The notes under the pieces: model-generated
The model's database searches: none
The model's input: only the letters and a program-made list of their open reading frames with translations
Told to the model about the DNA's origin: nothing
DNA from: the human T2T-CHM13v2.0 reference genome, Homo sapiens
NCBI RefSeq assembly: GCF_009914755.1
Contig: NC_060928.1
Strand: one strand, 5' to 3'
Length of the DNA stretch: 64,000 bases
Shown: in pieces, positions 1-12,482 of the stretch
How positions within the stretch are numbered: the stretch's first letter is position 1
Layout: each line of letters begins with the position of its first letter
Translations under genes and position numbers: made by a program

Positions 1-570
1 GGGAAAAATTTGAGTCACCAAGACGCATGCTTTCCTAGCTGTGGTCAGACAAAGCAACTCTCTCATATTGTGTCAGCTCTACTTGTTTCAGCTCTCATAT
101 TGTAAACAAGAGTCTTTTTTGTGGTCTACTTAATACTACATGGTGTGTGGGATTTTTTTTCTTTTTTGCATTTTCATGCTTTCTGGTGGTGATTTCACTG
201 TTTAAAATTACCCACAAGAATAGTGCTGAAGTGTTACCTAGTGTGTGTAGGTGTAAGACTGTGATGTGGCTAATGAAGAAAATTCATGTGTTAGCTTCAT
301 TCAGGTGTGAGTTACCGTGCTATTGGCAGTAAATGCAATGTTAATGAATCAAGCGTATATTTTAAATGAAGTATCTTTAAACAGAAACACACATGAAATA
401 AGATTATGTGTTGAATGGCCAATTAAAGTGTGACCAGAGGCTTGCAGGAGCCTACCCCTTTAATGAAATGTAAGTGCAAAAATTACAGTTGATTTGCATT
501 ATTTGTGATAGTTATATTGTATAAAATCACCGTGAACACTGAATTAGTGAATGTTGAATCATTGACCTTA
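1..570 (-). mobile_element. TcMar-Tigger non-autonomous DNA transposon (MER82-like), cut by window start; terminal ~85 bp (486-570) in opposite orientation
   Basis: Matches recalled consensus blocks 'gtttcagctctcata..gtaaacaag', 'ttcactgtttaaaat', 'tgtgaccagaggcttgcagga'; terminus 'TA|cagttgatt..gaacactgaattagtgaat' at 484-560. Confidence 0.75.
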
Positions 571-689
571 AAATATTGAAATAACCCAGATAATGGCTGC
601 AAGAAGCCAATGGGTTTTGCTCCTCCTTGGGCTAAAGAAAAATGAAAATAATTTAGGGTCATTTGAACCTAACAGTTTGAAAGGTTCTC

Positions 690-1000
690 ATACCTTGGGG
701 GTGATGCCACCTGGTGCTTTGGGTATCTCTGAAGGGATATTATGAAGCTGCTTAAGAAGCCGGAAGCTGGAACCAATTGCTGTTGGGGCATTGTCATTGC
801 CGGGACAATCTCAACAGAAACACCAAGCAAAGGAGAAGAAAGGATTTCCTCTTCCTTTGTGCCTTCCAGTCTTGCTCTCATATCCTTATTGGCAAAACCT
901 ATCTCAAAGCCAACTGGAAATAAATAATACATACACATACATTTCATATATGTACATATACATATGTATACACACATATAATGTACTTTACAGAGTTAAA
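690..1000. mobile_element. Old ERVL-class LTR remnant adjoining the ERV-L internal sequence
   Basis: 'ccttccagtcttgctctc..ttattggcaaaaccta..aagccaactgg' resembles ancient ERVL LTRs; sits at the 3' side of the minus-strand internal region. Confidence 0.4.
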
Positions 1001-1007
1001 GTCTAGC

Positions 1008-1217
1008 ATTACATAGAAGAATATATTTAGATCCGAGAGATAATAGCTTAATAACTATCCTAGTCCATGCTTTAGGCTTCTCAGCATCCATATACACTCT
1101 GCTACATATATTTATTATATAGAAGAATATATATAGATATAAGAGGTAATATTAATAACTATTCTAGTCCACACTTTAGGCTTCTCAGCATCCATGTACA
1201 CCCTGCTACATATATTT
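1008..1217 (+). repeat. Tandem duplication, 2 copies of ~105 bp
   Basis: 1008-1113 and 1114-1217 share 'atagaagaatatat', 'ttaataactat.ctagtcca', 'ctttaggcttctcagcatccat.tacac.ctgctacatatattt'. Confidence 0.95.
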
Positions 1218-1499
1218 AAACTTATAGATAACAAGTGAAGACAGTTTCACTCTCCGCCTAAGAATAGAAGACATCAAGTTCCAACATCATAGTCATCTTT
1301 GAGAAGTCACTGTATCCAACTCTGAGAAATGACTATTCCTCTAAATCACACAAATCCCACCTGAACACTCTGTAACCTAAAGAATGAAGTTTAGCTGACA
1401 ATCCTATATAAAACAATAGAGAAAAATAAGAACGAATAAAAATATTAATTATTAATAAAAATAAGAAAAAACATATACTACACTGCATACATACAACAA

Positions 1500-4260
1500 A
1501 AAAGAAAATATGACTAAAACATCTCTCAGTTCTCTAGTTTGTCACAAAACCATTTGATACATGTAATTTCTTTCTTCTACCACCCCATCACATGTTTCTT
1601 TTGCCCAGTGTTCAGCTGGTTAGGATCCTTTAGATAACGGGATAGTTCAAAACTTTATTCTTAAAGGGTAAGAATACCTGGTGAACCTGTTTGTTTGGGG
1701 TTTCTCTTGGTAGCTTTACATTTTCATTAAACTTTACTATTAAACATGAAGTACTATGACGCACCACAGATGATCTCTTGTATCCAAAACATAGTACTCC
1801 CTACCTGCAATATGTCACAGCAATATAATTTTCCTGAATAGTCCAAACCAATCACCCCAGCCTGTAAAGTACCTCTCTTCTTTGCCTACTAGATCTGTGG
1901 CAAGAGATACCAAAGTGGCTATGTGTAATCTGTTTCATACTGAACACAATTATTGTGTCTTCAAGTAAAGATATTTCTTCTTTGGGAACCAAGATCTGAA
2001 AACTAACAGAGCACAAAGTTACAGGGATAGGTAAGGAAAAAGTTGGCAAGCAGGTAATGAGAAGGGCCGCTACCATGAAAACACCTTATTTTCAGAACCC
2101 ATGTATTCTGGCTATGTAAGAGACTACCTATAAAATAGCATGTGTCCAAACCTTTAGCCATCTTTCAGTCCAGATAAAGCGAACAACAAACTATACTGCT
2201 TAAAATCTGCTGACAGGATTTCCCTTCACCACCATTTTTCTAGGACATCATTTTTTTGGAAGCCTTAATACTATAGCAGTCCACTTCTAGTTGGTGCTAA
2301 TGTATTATGCAGAGCTATCAGCAGACCTGAGTCTAGGTAAGAACCAGTACGAGCTCGGGGTCACCTCCTTACACAGTTTACTGCTTTTACTTAATGATCG
2401 ATAGCTGTTATGCATGCCAAACTTGTGATGTGATAGGTCAAATAATCCCAATTAATCATGCTCAGCTCAGGTTACATGGTGATTTGACGTCCCATTGTTC
2501 AACACTCAATCTTTAAGAAGCCTCAATAGCAAGCAAAGAAGTAGTTCTCCAAAGGAAAATAGTTATATGAAAAGAGCCTATTGCTTTCCTCCATGGGATG
2601 TGCTGTAATTCTATGGAGGCTTGCCAGGAGTTCCATACAGCATTCTTACATGTGTCAGACCTTTAAATATCATGAGATCTACTTGATCAGAAGACCCAAG
2701 TAAAAGAGTAGCTTACACCACAGCCTAGAGTTGTTGCAGAGCCTTTTATTTTTACCCCCTCAGGCTCCACTAAAAACTGGCAACTGCATTGGTTCCTCAG
2801 AAAATGGGTTAGAATATCATATCCTAATATAGTATATGTTGCCTCAAAAATCCAAAGAGGTTCACCAAGCATTATGCCTTGTTTTTGGGGGTAGATGTTT
2901 AAGATGCTTTTAACTGTTTTTCACTGTGAAGATGATATTGTGACATACTGCAGATCGTTGGACACCCTCTGGAAACTTTACCAAGAAGATGCCCTTTGAA
3001 TTCTGGGGACTTTATCTTCCACCCTCATGTGCTTTACTAAGATACATAAAGCAATTTCAAGGTCCTGGCTCATCAAAAAAATTATCATGATGGCATCAGT
3101 GTAGTGGACCAGTGTGATGCTCAGTGTGATATCCAGATGATGAAGATCTGTCTAACAGAGAACATAACTGTGCAGATGTGCTATCATCCTTATGAGAAAA
3201 GAAATGGCTTCTCGATGTCCTTACAAACTTATATTTAAAAAGTATTTGCCAGATAAATAACTGTATATCAGATATCAAAGATTGTGTTGACATGATTAAA
3301 TTTATGATAATCTATTGTCATCCTCCAAGATCCATCTATCTTCTGCACAGGCAAAACAGATAAGTTAAATGAGAATGTGATAGAATTCATCACCTTTCAT
3401 ACTTCAGATCTTTTAAGTGGCATTCATCTTAGCGGTTCCAGAGGGATATCATATTGCTTTTGAATTATTACCCTCCTCTAGAGGGGAAACTCCAAGAGTT
3501 CTACTTAGCCCTTCCTGTAATCATGATCCTGAATTCACAGGTCTGAAAGTCAATGTAGAGATTCTATCAGTTGCCAAGTGCCTATCTCAATTATGCATTC
3601 AGAAGCTTGAATCTGCATCCCCACTGAACTGACTGTTAGACAAAGGTTAACATTCCATTTACCATCTGACTTCTGTAAGCATCCACTTTGATTGATGGGT
3701 ATAATGGCATTTTGGGTCCCCAGAAATTAGGATCACTTTAGAGCCAGTGACTGGATATCAGTAATAAATTCCCTTTCCTAAGTGCTTAGCTATCATAACA
3801 CATGGCTACAAATCCATTTTGGAAAAAAACTTGGAGAAAGTACTAGCAATACATACTTGTGGCAATGTTGCAGTTATTTTTCAAGGGAAACTGGAACCCC
3901 CTTAAATCAAGGAGATACATGTCTGTGTACTGATGTAGGTCTAGAAAACAAGTTAGAGACTGCAACTCTCTATTGTGATGACTCAAATCAGGGTTCTGGT
4001 CACCAGATCTAGAAGATTTTCTATAAATAAAGTAATAAGTTAGTAGGCTGCCCATTTATTTCATTACTAAGGACAATTTGTCACTTCCCCAAATTTCTGG
4101 GTGTCAACACTTTGATTTCCACTTTATCCTTTGTGCCTATTGTGGTGACTGCCTCCACCTTTTCTCTCTCGTGGTGAAAGACTTATCTCTCAGTTGGCCT
4201 CTGCCATTCTAGGATCCCATCATCACTGTTGATACCAAGAAGTCAATCTCATAGTGCCAT
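1500..4260 (-). pseudogene. Degenerate ERV-L internal region (gag/pro-pol-dUTPase remnant)
   Basis: Minus-strand translation: protease-like TGSKVILISGDPK (~3712-3750); RT ITLVH-YTDA-IMI (YxDD position 3092-3103); LVNLFGFLRQHI..KALQQL (2730-2870); RNaseH-like ..GEGKS (~2215-2330); ARIHG (~2095-2115); dUTPase-like LPIPVTLCS..LVPK..DT..HFG (1852-2040); many stops and frameshifts. Confidence 0.85.
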
Positions 4261-4292
4261 TTCAAACAAGACACAAAAGGATAGATTTTAAG

Positions 4293-4299
4293 AGTGCGC

Positions 4300-4339
<40 letters not shown>
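4293..4339 (+). repeat. (TG)n microsatellite with CG-containing start
   Basis: gtgcgcgtgcgtgtgtg... read directly. Confidence 0.97.
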
Positions 4340-4341
<2 letters not shown>

Positions 4342-4979
4342 TTCAGATCATAATATCCACCAATTTTGTATTTTCTGTTTCATGCAACATTTATTAGGGA
4401 ACATTTTCCCTTGCCATTCAATATTGTTTCATGTTATTTGATTTTAGTATAATAATCAATCATGTTTATATACCAAAGATTAAGAGCATACTTGGAGGTG
4501 ATCATTGAAGTAACTAGGCTTGAAAGGATATGAGAAGAAATTAAATTTAGCAAGAATTAGCCTTAAATGAGAAAAAAGAACACCTTTTTTTCTCTCAAAC
4601 AATAGGGAAAGCTGGGATAAAAGAACAGCAAGAAATTCTATAATGTAAAGATAGTAGACTGTAAAGTTTCTCTGTTAATTAAAAAAAGAAGATAAAGAGG
4701 ATATGGTAAGAGGATTTATACAAGCATTGAAAAGCAGGTTCAAGTTTTGTTCTTGCTGCTGTGGGATATAGAGAAATGAAGAAACTGGAAATTCATAAAA
4801 TTAGAGCTCTTATTATGTTATACATTATGTTATTTTAGTGGTTATTATTACTAGGTGAAATTGTAGAGATTAAAGAAAATTATTATCTTTTCAAAACATA
4901 TATATATATATGTACACATAACTTTTATAATTAGAAAAATAAGCCATAAAATTGTAGAGGCAAAAACACAGAATCATCT

Positions 4980-5350
4980 GACCAGCAGTGTGAAGAATGA
5001 ATTGGAGGTAAACTACTGTGGCAGGAGTTACAGAAGCTTGCTAAGGTCAATATACTTGCCTGAGTAAGAAACTATAAGGTGAGACATTACAGTGACTTAA
5101 ACTAAGGCAGAAGTGGTCACAATGGGAAGAATGGGATTCATATGTAAGAGATAGATTCAAAATTAAAGTTGACAGATTGGAGTCGTGGCAGGAGATTGGA
5201 GAGGGGATGAGAGAGTGGAAGGAGAGGTTTTGGACTTGAGCATCCGGTTGAATAACCATACTTTTCAGTAAATTATTCAAATATAAGATGAAAAATACAA
5301 CTTAGGCGAGGGAGCTGTGGATGTCTGAGGGATTTCAATGTTAAGATCAT
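4980..5350 (-). mobile_element. L2 LINE fragment
   Basis: Purine-rich L2-type blocks 'gtgagacattacagtgacttaaactaaggcag', 'aggttttggacttgagca'. Confidence 0.55.
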
Positions 5351-5369
5351 CCACAGTCAATGTGAGCTA

Positions 5370-5800
5370 TGGAGTGTGGCAGAGTCAAAATTTCATGGGT
5401 TTTGGACTAAGACATTACTGGTTTTAAATGTTATTACTGCTGCTTACCAATCATGTTACAAAACCTATGGGCCAAATACTTCTCTCAGCTGAAATTTCTC
5501 ATATTAAAATCAAGATAATAAAATTATAATGATAATAATAACATCTGCCTTATAGTATTGCTTGAGGAATAAGTGCCTAGTAAACCTGCAATTTAATTGT
5601 AAAATTATTATAGGCAATTATTATTATTATTGCTTGCTATGTTTTGTTAGGCAGGTTAGTCAATTTCTATAAGCCTCAATTTTCTGTAAAATGAGGATAA
5701 TAAAAATCTACCACACAACCTTAAAGTGAGCGTTAAGTGAGATACTGCATAGTCTAATGCCTGGTGTATAGTAGTTGTTAACAACAATGGTACCAATTTG
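5370..5800 (+). mobile_element. Two MIR fragments
   Basis: MIR core 'ttaggcaggttagtcaatttctataagcctcaattttctgtaaaatgaggataata' (5647-5703) plus a degraded copy at ~5370-5590. Confidence 0.7.
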
Positions 5801-7431
5801 TTTTTATTATTTGTCATCATCATTCCTATTATAATGTGTTCAAACATATTAGTAACCAAAGTATGAAAATTAAAATAAACACTGAAATGTTATCAAGTTC
5901 ACTGAATTTTTTATATTTTAATTGGATATAGCCATTTTTATAGTATCTAAGCCTTTTTCTCAATGTTTCTAAGTCTCCATTTTTATTAATTTGTAAAAAT
6001 TTCTCTATATTAGCTTTTGTCTATAATAGTTAATATTTTGCAGTTCTTAGCTACCTTTTATTTTTGAATTTTCTTTATGATTTTTAGTGGACATAATGTG
6101 GGTTTATAAAATATTCTTTTGTGATTAAAAAATTCAATAAATTAGGTATAAAAGGAATGCTCCTTAATATAACAGAGGCCATATATGGCAAACCCACAGC
6201 TAACATCATACTTAATGGTGAAAATGTGAAGGCTTTTCCTCTAAGGTCAAAAACAAGACAAGAACGCCCATTTTCACCACTTCTGTTCAACATAGTACTA
6301 TAAATTATAACTAGAGCAATTAAGCAAGAGAATGAAATAAAAGCCATCAAAATAGGAAAGGATGAAGTAAAATTGTTTCTATTTGCTGACATGATCTTCT
6401 ATATAGAAAATCCTAAAGACTCCACCTAACTCGAAAGTGCTGTTAAAACTGATAAATTCAGTAAAGTTGCAGGATACAAAATTAATATTATGTTTATATA
6501 CTAACAACAATCTGTCAAAGAAAAAATAAGAAAAAAGTCCACTTACAATACCATCAAGTAGAATAAAATAGTTATGAGCAAATTTAACTAAGTAATTTAA
6601 CCCCAAAATGCAGTTAGTGAAAGCAAAAACGAGATAGGATTGCCTCAAACAAAAACCTTCTACAAAGCAAAGGAAACAACAGAGTGAAGAGACAACCCAT
6701 AGATGGGGAGAAAATGTTTGCAAATCATATATTGGATAAGGGGTTATTATTCAAAATATACAGGAAACTCAAACTACTCAATGACAAGAAAACAAATAAC
6801 CCCATTAAAAATGGGCAAAGAACTTGAATAGACAGTTCCCAAAAGAAGACATACAAATGAGATGAATAGATAAAGTGGAAAAATGTTCAAGATAGCTAAT
6901 TATCAAAAAAATACAAATTAAAACTATAAGAAGATATCACCTCACATCTGTCAGACTGGCTATTATCAAAAAGATGAAAGGTAAATGTTGACCAGGATTT
7001 GAAGAAAAGGGAACACTTTTACACTGTTGATGGTATTGTAAATTAGTATAGTCATTTTGAAAAACATTATGGAAGTTCCTGAAAAAAAACTAAATAAAGA
7101 ATTACCATATGATCCAGCAATCTCATTACTGGATATATACCAAAGGAATTGAAATCAGTATGGGAAAGAGATGTATGCACCCCCATGTTCATTGCAACAT
7201 TATTCACCATAGCTAAGATATGGAAAAACCCAAATATCCATCAAATGATTAACTTTTTTTTTAATGTGGCATATATACACAATGGAATTGTGCTATTCAG
7301 CTTCAAAAAAAAAAAAAAGCCACAGGAAAATACATGTCATCATTTGTGACAACTAGATGAACCCAGAAGACATTATGTTAAGCTAAATAAGCCAGGCACA
7401 GAGAGACAATCACTATATAAGCTCACTGACA

Positions 7432-8005
7432 CAGTTATTGCTAACAATGTTGTCAATAGGTTCTTGGAAACTGCAACTTTAAGTGAAACAACATGTAACA
7501 AAACCAATTTTACTATAGATTAATTGATATAAGCAAGACTTAGGTTAAGCTTCAAAAGAAAGACCAAAACACTTATAATATTAAGAATTAAAATAAATGT
7601 GAACTATATATACATTTAAGAAAGATTAATAAAAAACAAGTAAGATAATTATTACCTGTTTATTCCAGTTCAGGGATGAGGGTGGACGGAGCCTCTCCCA
7701 GCAGCTCAGGGCACAGGGCGGGACCTAACCTTGGGCAGGAGGCCATTCCATCGCAGTACGCACTCACACACACACCCACACTCAGACTGGGACAATTTAG
7801 ACCCACCAATTAACCGAATGTTCACATCTCTGGATATGGGAGGAAACAAGAGTACTTGAAGAAAACCCACACAGACATGGAGATAACATGCAAACTCACT
7901 CCACGCAGACAGACAGTGGCCCCAGTCAAGAATATATTTTTTTTTTCTCTCATCAACATTATAATGAAACAACATGGAAAAAAAATGCTATTTCAGGGCC
8001 TGCTG
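7432..8005 (-). mobile_element. MER6A (TcMar-Tigger) inserted into the L1
   Basis: 'ccagttcaggg..ggagcctctcccagcagctcagggcac..ccattccatcgcag..actcacacacaccc'; ends cctgctg|TA; splits L1 'ctcact..|tatgtggaatctaaaaa'. Confidence 0.85.
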
Positions 8006-8340
8006 TATGTGGAATCTAAAAATGTTGAACTTACAGAAGTTGAGAGTGGAATGGTGGTTACCAGAGGCTGGGGTTACGGGTAGATACAGTAAGGGGAAAA
8101 GTTGGTCAACACATACAAAGTTACACTTAGGAGGATGAGGTCTGGAGGTCTGGTGACCTATCGCACAGCAGGAGGGCTACAGTTAATAATAATGTATATT
8201 TCAAAATAGGTAAAAGAGAGGATTTTAAATGTTCTCACCACAAAGAAATGGTAGATATTCGAAGTGATGGATATGCTAATTAGCCAGATTTGATCATTCC
8301 ATAATGTATACAGGTATTGTACTGCATGCATATACACATA

Positions 8341-8347
8341 TTTTCTT

Positions 8348-8381
<34 letters not shown>

Positions 8382-8598
8382 AGACAAGGTCTACTCTGTT
8401 GCCCAGGCTTGAGTGCAGTGGCATGATCTTGGCTCACTGCAGTCTCTATATTCCAGGCTGAATCGGTCTTGCCACTTTAGCCTCCCAAGTAGCTGGGACA
8501 TAGGCATTTGTCACCAGGCTAATTTTTGTTGTTGTTGTTGTTTGTTTTTTTTTTGATAGAGAAGAAGTTTCACCATGTTATCCAGGCTGGTCTCAAAC
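8341..8598 (-). mobile_element. AluJ, 5'-truncated, with (GTT)n tail, inside the L1 3' end
   Basis: Diverged Alu blocks 'ctctgttgcccaggct', 'ttggctcactgcag', 'cctcccaagtagctggga'. Confidence 0.88.
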
Positions 8599-8799
8599 TA
8601 TACAATTATTATTTGTCAATTAAAAATTTAAAAAGATAACCACAAAAAAGGTAATCATGTATGTCACTGTTTTTCTTTGAGACCTTCTATTATGTTTATG
8701 CTTGGTCTATCCTCCATACCTACGATATCCTTATACACCCCTAATCTTGATAGTCTTTACAATTTAATTATCAGCTATAATATTTAAACCATGTGAACT

Positions 8800-9560
8800 T
8801 TGTTGCATTATGCCAGGTGATATTTTTCACTTAAAATTTTTTCAGCTAACCAATTTTCTCAATACCGTTTGTTTTCAAAACATCCATTCCTCTCTCCATT
8901 TATGTGTGAAGGTTCTTTTATAAATTACTAAGTTTTTATATGAGAATGTATTTCTGAGCATTCAATTTGGTTTTCACAATTCTACAAATGACACACACTG
9001 TTTTTAAAATTACTACATTTTAAGTGGCTGGGAGGTTAATCCCATGTCCCTAAGCCCCCCAAATCCCTCTTTTTAAACTTTCCTTAGATAATATTGGCTG
9101 TGTTTATTTTGAAATTAAATCTTCAATCATATTATTAAGGTCTAGGGTGATATCTAATTCCCAATTTCATACTAGATAGCTTTACAGCTCTTAATTTGAA
9201 AAGAATTAGCATCTTAATATTATTCAATCTTTCCTTCCAGGAACATGATATATTTTTCCATGTCTTCTATAATTCTCACAATATTTCTGATATTTACTCT
9301 TTGTAGACTCAACCTTTTAATTAGGTCATTCCTTAGTATGGTTTTGTTATTTTGTGAATAAGGCCTAGCTTTTTTCAACTATATCCTTAAATAGTTATTG
9401 CTATCCTTCAGAAGAAACGCTTCTAGTTTTCTTATTGATCAGTCTATTGAAATTATGTCTGCACTACTAAATGATTTAGTTAGTGTTCCCTGATTCTTGT
9501 GCATTTTGATAATTTCACAATCTTTTAAAAATTTATAACAAGAGTTAAAATTTTATATCT
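8800..9560 (-). mobile_element. Ancient L1 (L1M/L1ME) remnant
   Basis: Antisense L1 ORF2-like blocks 'taatttgaaaagaattagcatcttaatattattcaatcttt..ccaggaacatgatata'. Confidence 0.5.
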
Positions 9561-10069
9561 GCTATAGGTCTTCAGATTTCTGGTACAGTATGACATTAAG
9601 TAATACTTCTGTATATTTGTCTCCAGTTCAGGGTTGCGGGTGGATAGAGCCTCAATTTTGAGTTTGTACTTCAATAACACAACTTCAACAAAGTTTTACA
9701 GTGAAAGACATATTTTTCAAGGAAAAAATGTGAAGCAACATTCAAAATAATACTTATTAAGTTTTGTGGTTCACAAAGGAAGTCTTCTATCTAATCAAGA
9801 TTCCTTATTTCTCTTAAATCAACGAAACTTTCCTTTGCTCAGCTACACACAAATGAATCAGAGGCAGGATTCGTACCTGCCACTTCAAATGATGCCAACA
9901 TTATTGTCCAGAGTGATTGTCATGACCTACCAGGAGGTACTCTATTCCTCCTAGGAGCCAAATCCCACACAACAACCTTCAAGACTCAACTCCTCTAGGA
10001 AAATGCTCTCATGTCAGGATGGCTTTATTCTGTCATTTCCTTCACTCTTGCAAATCTGCAACTCCTCCC

Positions 10070-10370
10070 TTGACGTTCCTTTGCCTTTTCCCATTTATAA
10101 TATAATACTCTCAAATATTTTCTTTTTATACATTGAGAATCATAATAGACATTGTTATAATTTTGCTTCAAGGTCAAACATATTTTGGAAAACTCAAAAG
10201 AAGAAGGAATATCTATTGTATTTTACCCATATTTTTGCTCTTTCCTTTGTTCTTTTTTCATTATGTTCCAAAATTCCTTCTTTTTTCATTTCTTTTGTTT
10301 AGAGTACTTCCTTTAGTCATTTTCTTAGGGTAAGTCTGCTGGCAACACATTCTTTTAGTTGACTCTGGAG
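10070..10370 (-). mobile_element. Old L1 fragment
   Basis: 'tttagagtacttcctttagtcattttcttagggtaagtctgctggcaacacattctttta' typical of antisense L1M. Confidence 0.55.
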
Positions 10371-12482
10371 CCTCAATGTTATCTAAGTAGTCCAGGTTCT
10401 AGGAATGTATCTCCAAAAAAGGAGTCCTATTTCAATTATAAATCTTATATGTGGGTTGTGAAGTGGTGAGTTGTGATATCAGAACTGAAACTACCCAGTT
10501 CTTTCAAAGCATCCTACATAATAAAGGGCTATTGTTGAGGCATATGTGGTTTGTGGTACCTGATTCTATACTGGGATTTTACCTTTTACGCATATGTAAG
10601 TGATAGAAACAAAATTAGCACAGCACTTCACTGAGAATGAAACAGGAGAGTGAGAAAACATTACTAACACACTTTTCAAAGGCTGTTGAGACTTTAGTCT
10701 TTTCAGTATTACTAAAATTATAAAAAAAAGAATTGTGATTTTAACTGTAGGTGTTTAGATCAAAGATCAAATGGAGTTAAGGCTCAAAGTTAAATGTTTA
10801 TATTGAGGTGGTGGGTAACCATGGCCTTAAGAAGTGCTGGGGAAAAAATATCAGCACATCTTAATAGGACAAACTATTGATCTTAAAAATATCACCAACT
10901 ATTTCACTAATCTTTCTCTGTCATTGTGTGAGATGCTACAAAGGAAAAAAATGAATGCAGAGCTAGACACTCCTTAGAATCCTTCCATCCTATCTGAATT
11001 GCAAAGAAAGGCAGTGAAAATTTCAGGAAGTGATGCCACAAGAAGGGTGATGTTCCTGAGCCTTTTGAAGTCACAAAAACAGTGTAGGCTGGATCCTCAT
11101 TTTCAGACTTCACAGCACAGCATATGCCCAATTGACAGCCTCTGGGCACATCCACAAGACACAAAAGCCAGTGTTCTGTTTAATGCACTGTCTAGAATAT
11201 CTGGTGTTTCTTGAAAGACTGCACAAAGCAGCTAGAACAAGTAATGGCAGCACCTCTAGTCTGAGCAGTTCTGTCTACCAACTTTGCTAACGACTGTCTC
11301 TTTGGCTCATTAAATTATTCTGTCTGAGTTTCACTGGGAAGGTACAAAGTCATACGTGCTTGTATTTCTCATGACCCTGCAAGAACTCTTTCATTAAAAA
11401 ATCAAGGTGGAAAACCAGCATTATTAGATTAATAGACTATGCAGTGGCCCTAAGAGGAATAAGTAATTATGTTAAGTAATCCATATCAACTTAAACTTAA
11501 AAAAAAAAAAAAAAAGCCCACAAGTGGGAACGTGCCAAAACCCTACAAGTGAGAACTTGCCAAAAACCCTATTGTGAATGGTACAAATAATAAATCAATT
11601 TTTGGTAAGCTTGTTTAATCACCATTTGCTTAAAAAAGTAATATATATTAATTATTTTCTGTCCTGTTGTGAGAACAACTAATTATCAGGAAATTCAAGA
11701 AGGCTGAATGCTTGTGGGCTTTTTAAAATAAAACTAAATGTTATTATAAATGTAATATAACAAAAATAAATTAAAATGTGTTAAAAATATTCAGCACACC
11801 CAAACAATATGGTTAGCATTTTGGCATACTTCCTTCATTTTTTCCCCTGAAGCAATATACATCCAATTTTGCACTTCAAATTTACTTGACATTAAATAGT
11901 AAATGTTATCTCACATAGATACATAAACCCATAATAATTATTTATAATAACTATTATGTCCATTTAGTAAATGAAACATAAGTTGCTTAATTAGTTATTC
12001 TTTAATTTGTGGTATAAAGGTTTATATTTTTTACAATTATGTTTTTAAAATATTTAATGCATTACTTCAAGAATATAATTTCTTCCATATGTTGAATAAT
12101 TTGCTTGAAAAATAGTCCCAGAAGTGGAATAACTATGTTCAACATTATGAAGATTTTAAAAAATAATTTGAATGTATTGCATAATTTACTTTTGATTACT
12201 TTTTATTATAAAACTGTGTATCCATGCTGATTTTAAAAGTTTTGAAACTCTATGAACTATGAAATAAGAAAATACTTGCAATCTCCTAGCCCACAAATGA
12301 AATTAATTTATTTTGATACATATAATTTTATTTTTTTCTGTGAAGATATGTCTTCTTTCAAAACTGAGATGATATGCTCAATTTAGTCATCTACATTCTA
12401 TTATTTTCATTATGATGAATATTTTCAATATAATCAAAAAAGTCTTAGAAATAAAATTTAATTACTGATTCCACATGTGAAT

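Larger units (their letters stand above)
6120..8636 (+). mobile_element. 5'-truncated L1MA-type LINE-1 (ORF2 remnant plus 3' UTR), internally deleted near 6600, interrupted by MER6A and AluJ
   Basis: ORF 6121-6303 [30 protein letters not shown] is L1 RT; 'LFAD' follows; 3' UTR 'aaatgttctcaccacaaagaaatg..gatggatatgctaattag'; terminal 'tacaattattatttgtcaattaaaaa' at 8601-8626. Confidence 0.92.

Noticed and set aside
6121-6303. ORF with reverse-transcriptase similarity as a functional gene or novel RT system
   Set aside because: It is a fragment of a truncated, deleted, stop-ridden L1 ORF2
11245-11265. CTCF-like motif (gcagcacctctagtc)
   Set aside because: Only a partial match to the core; not distinguishable from chance without ChIP data
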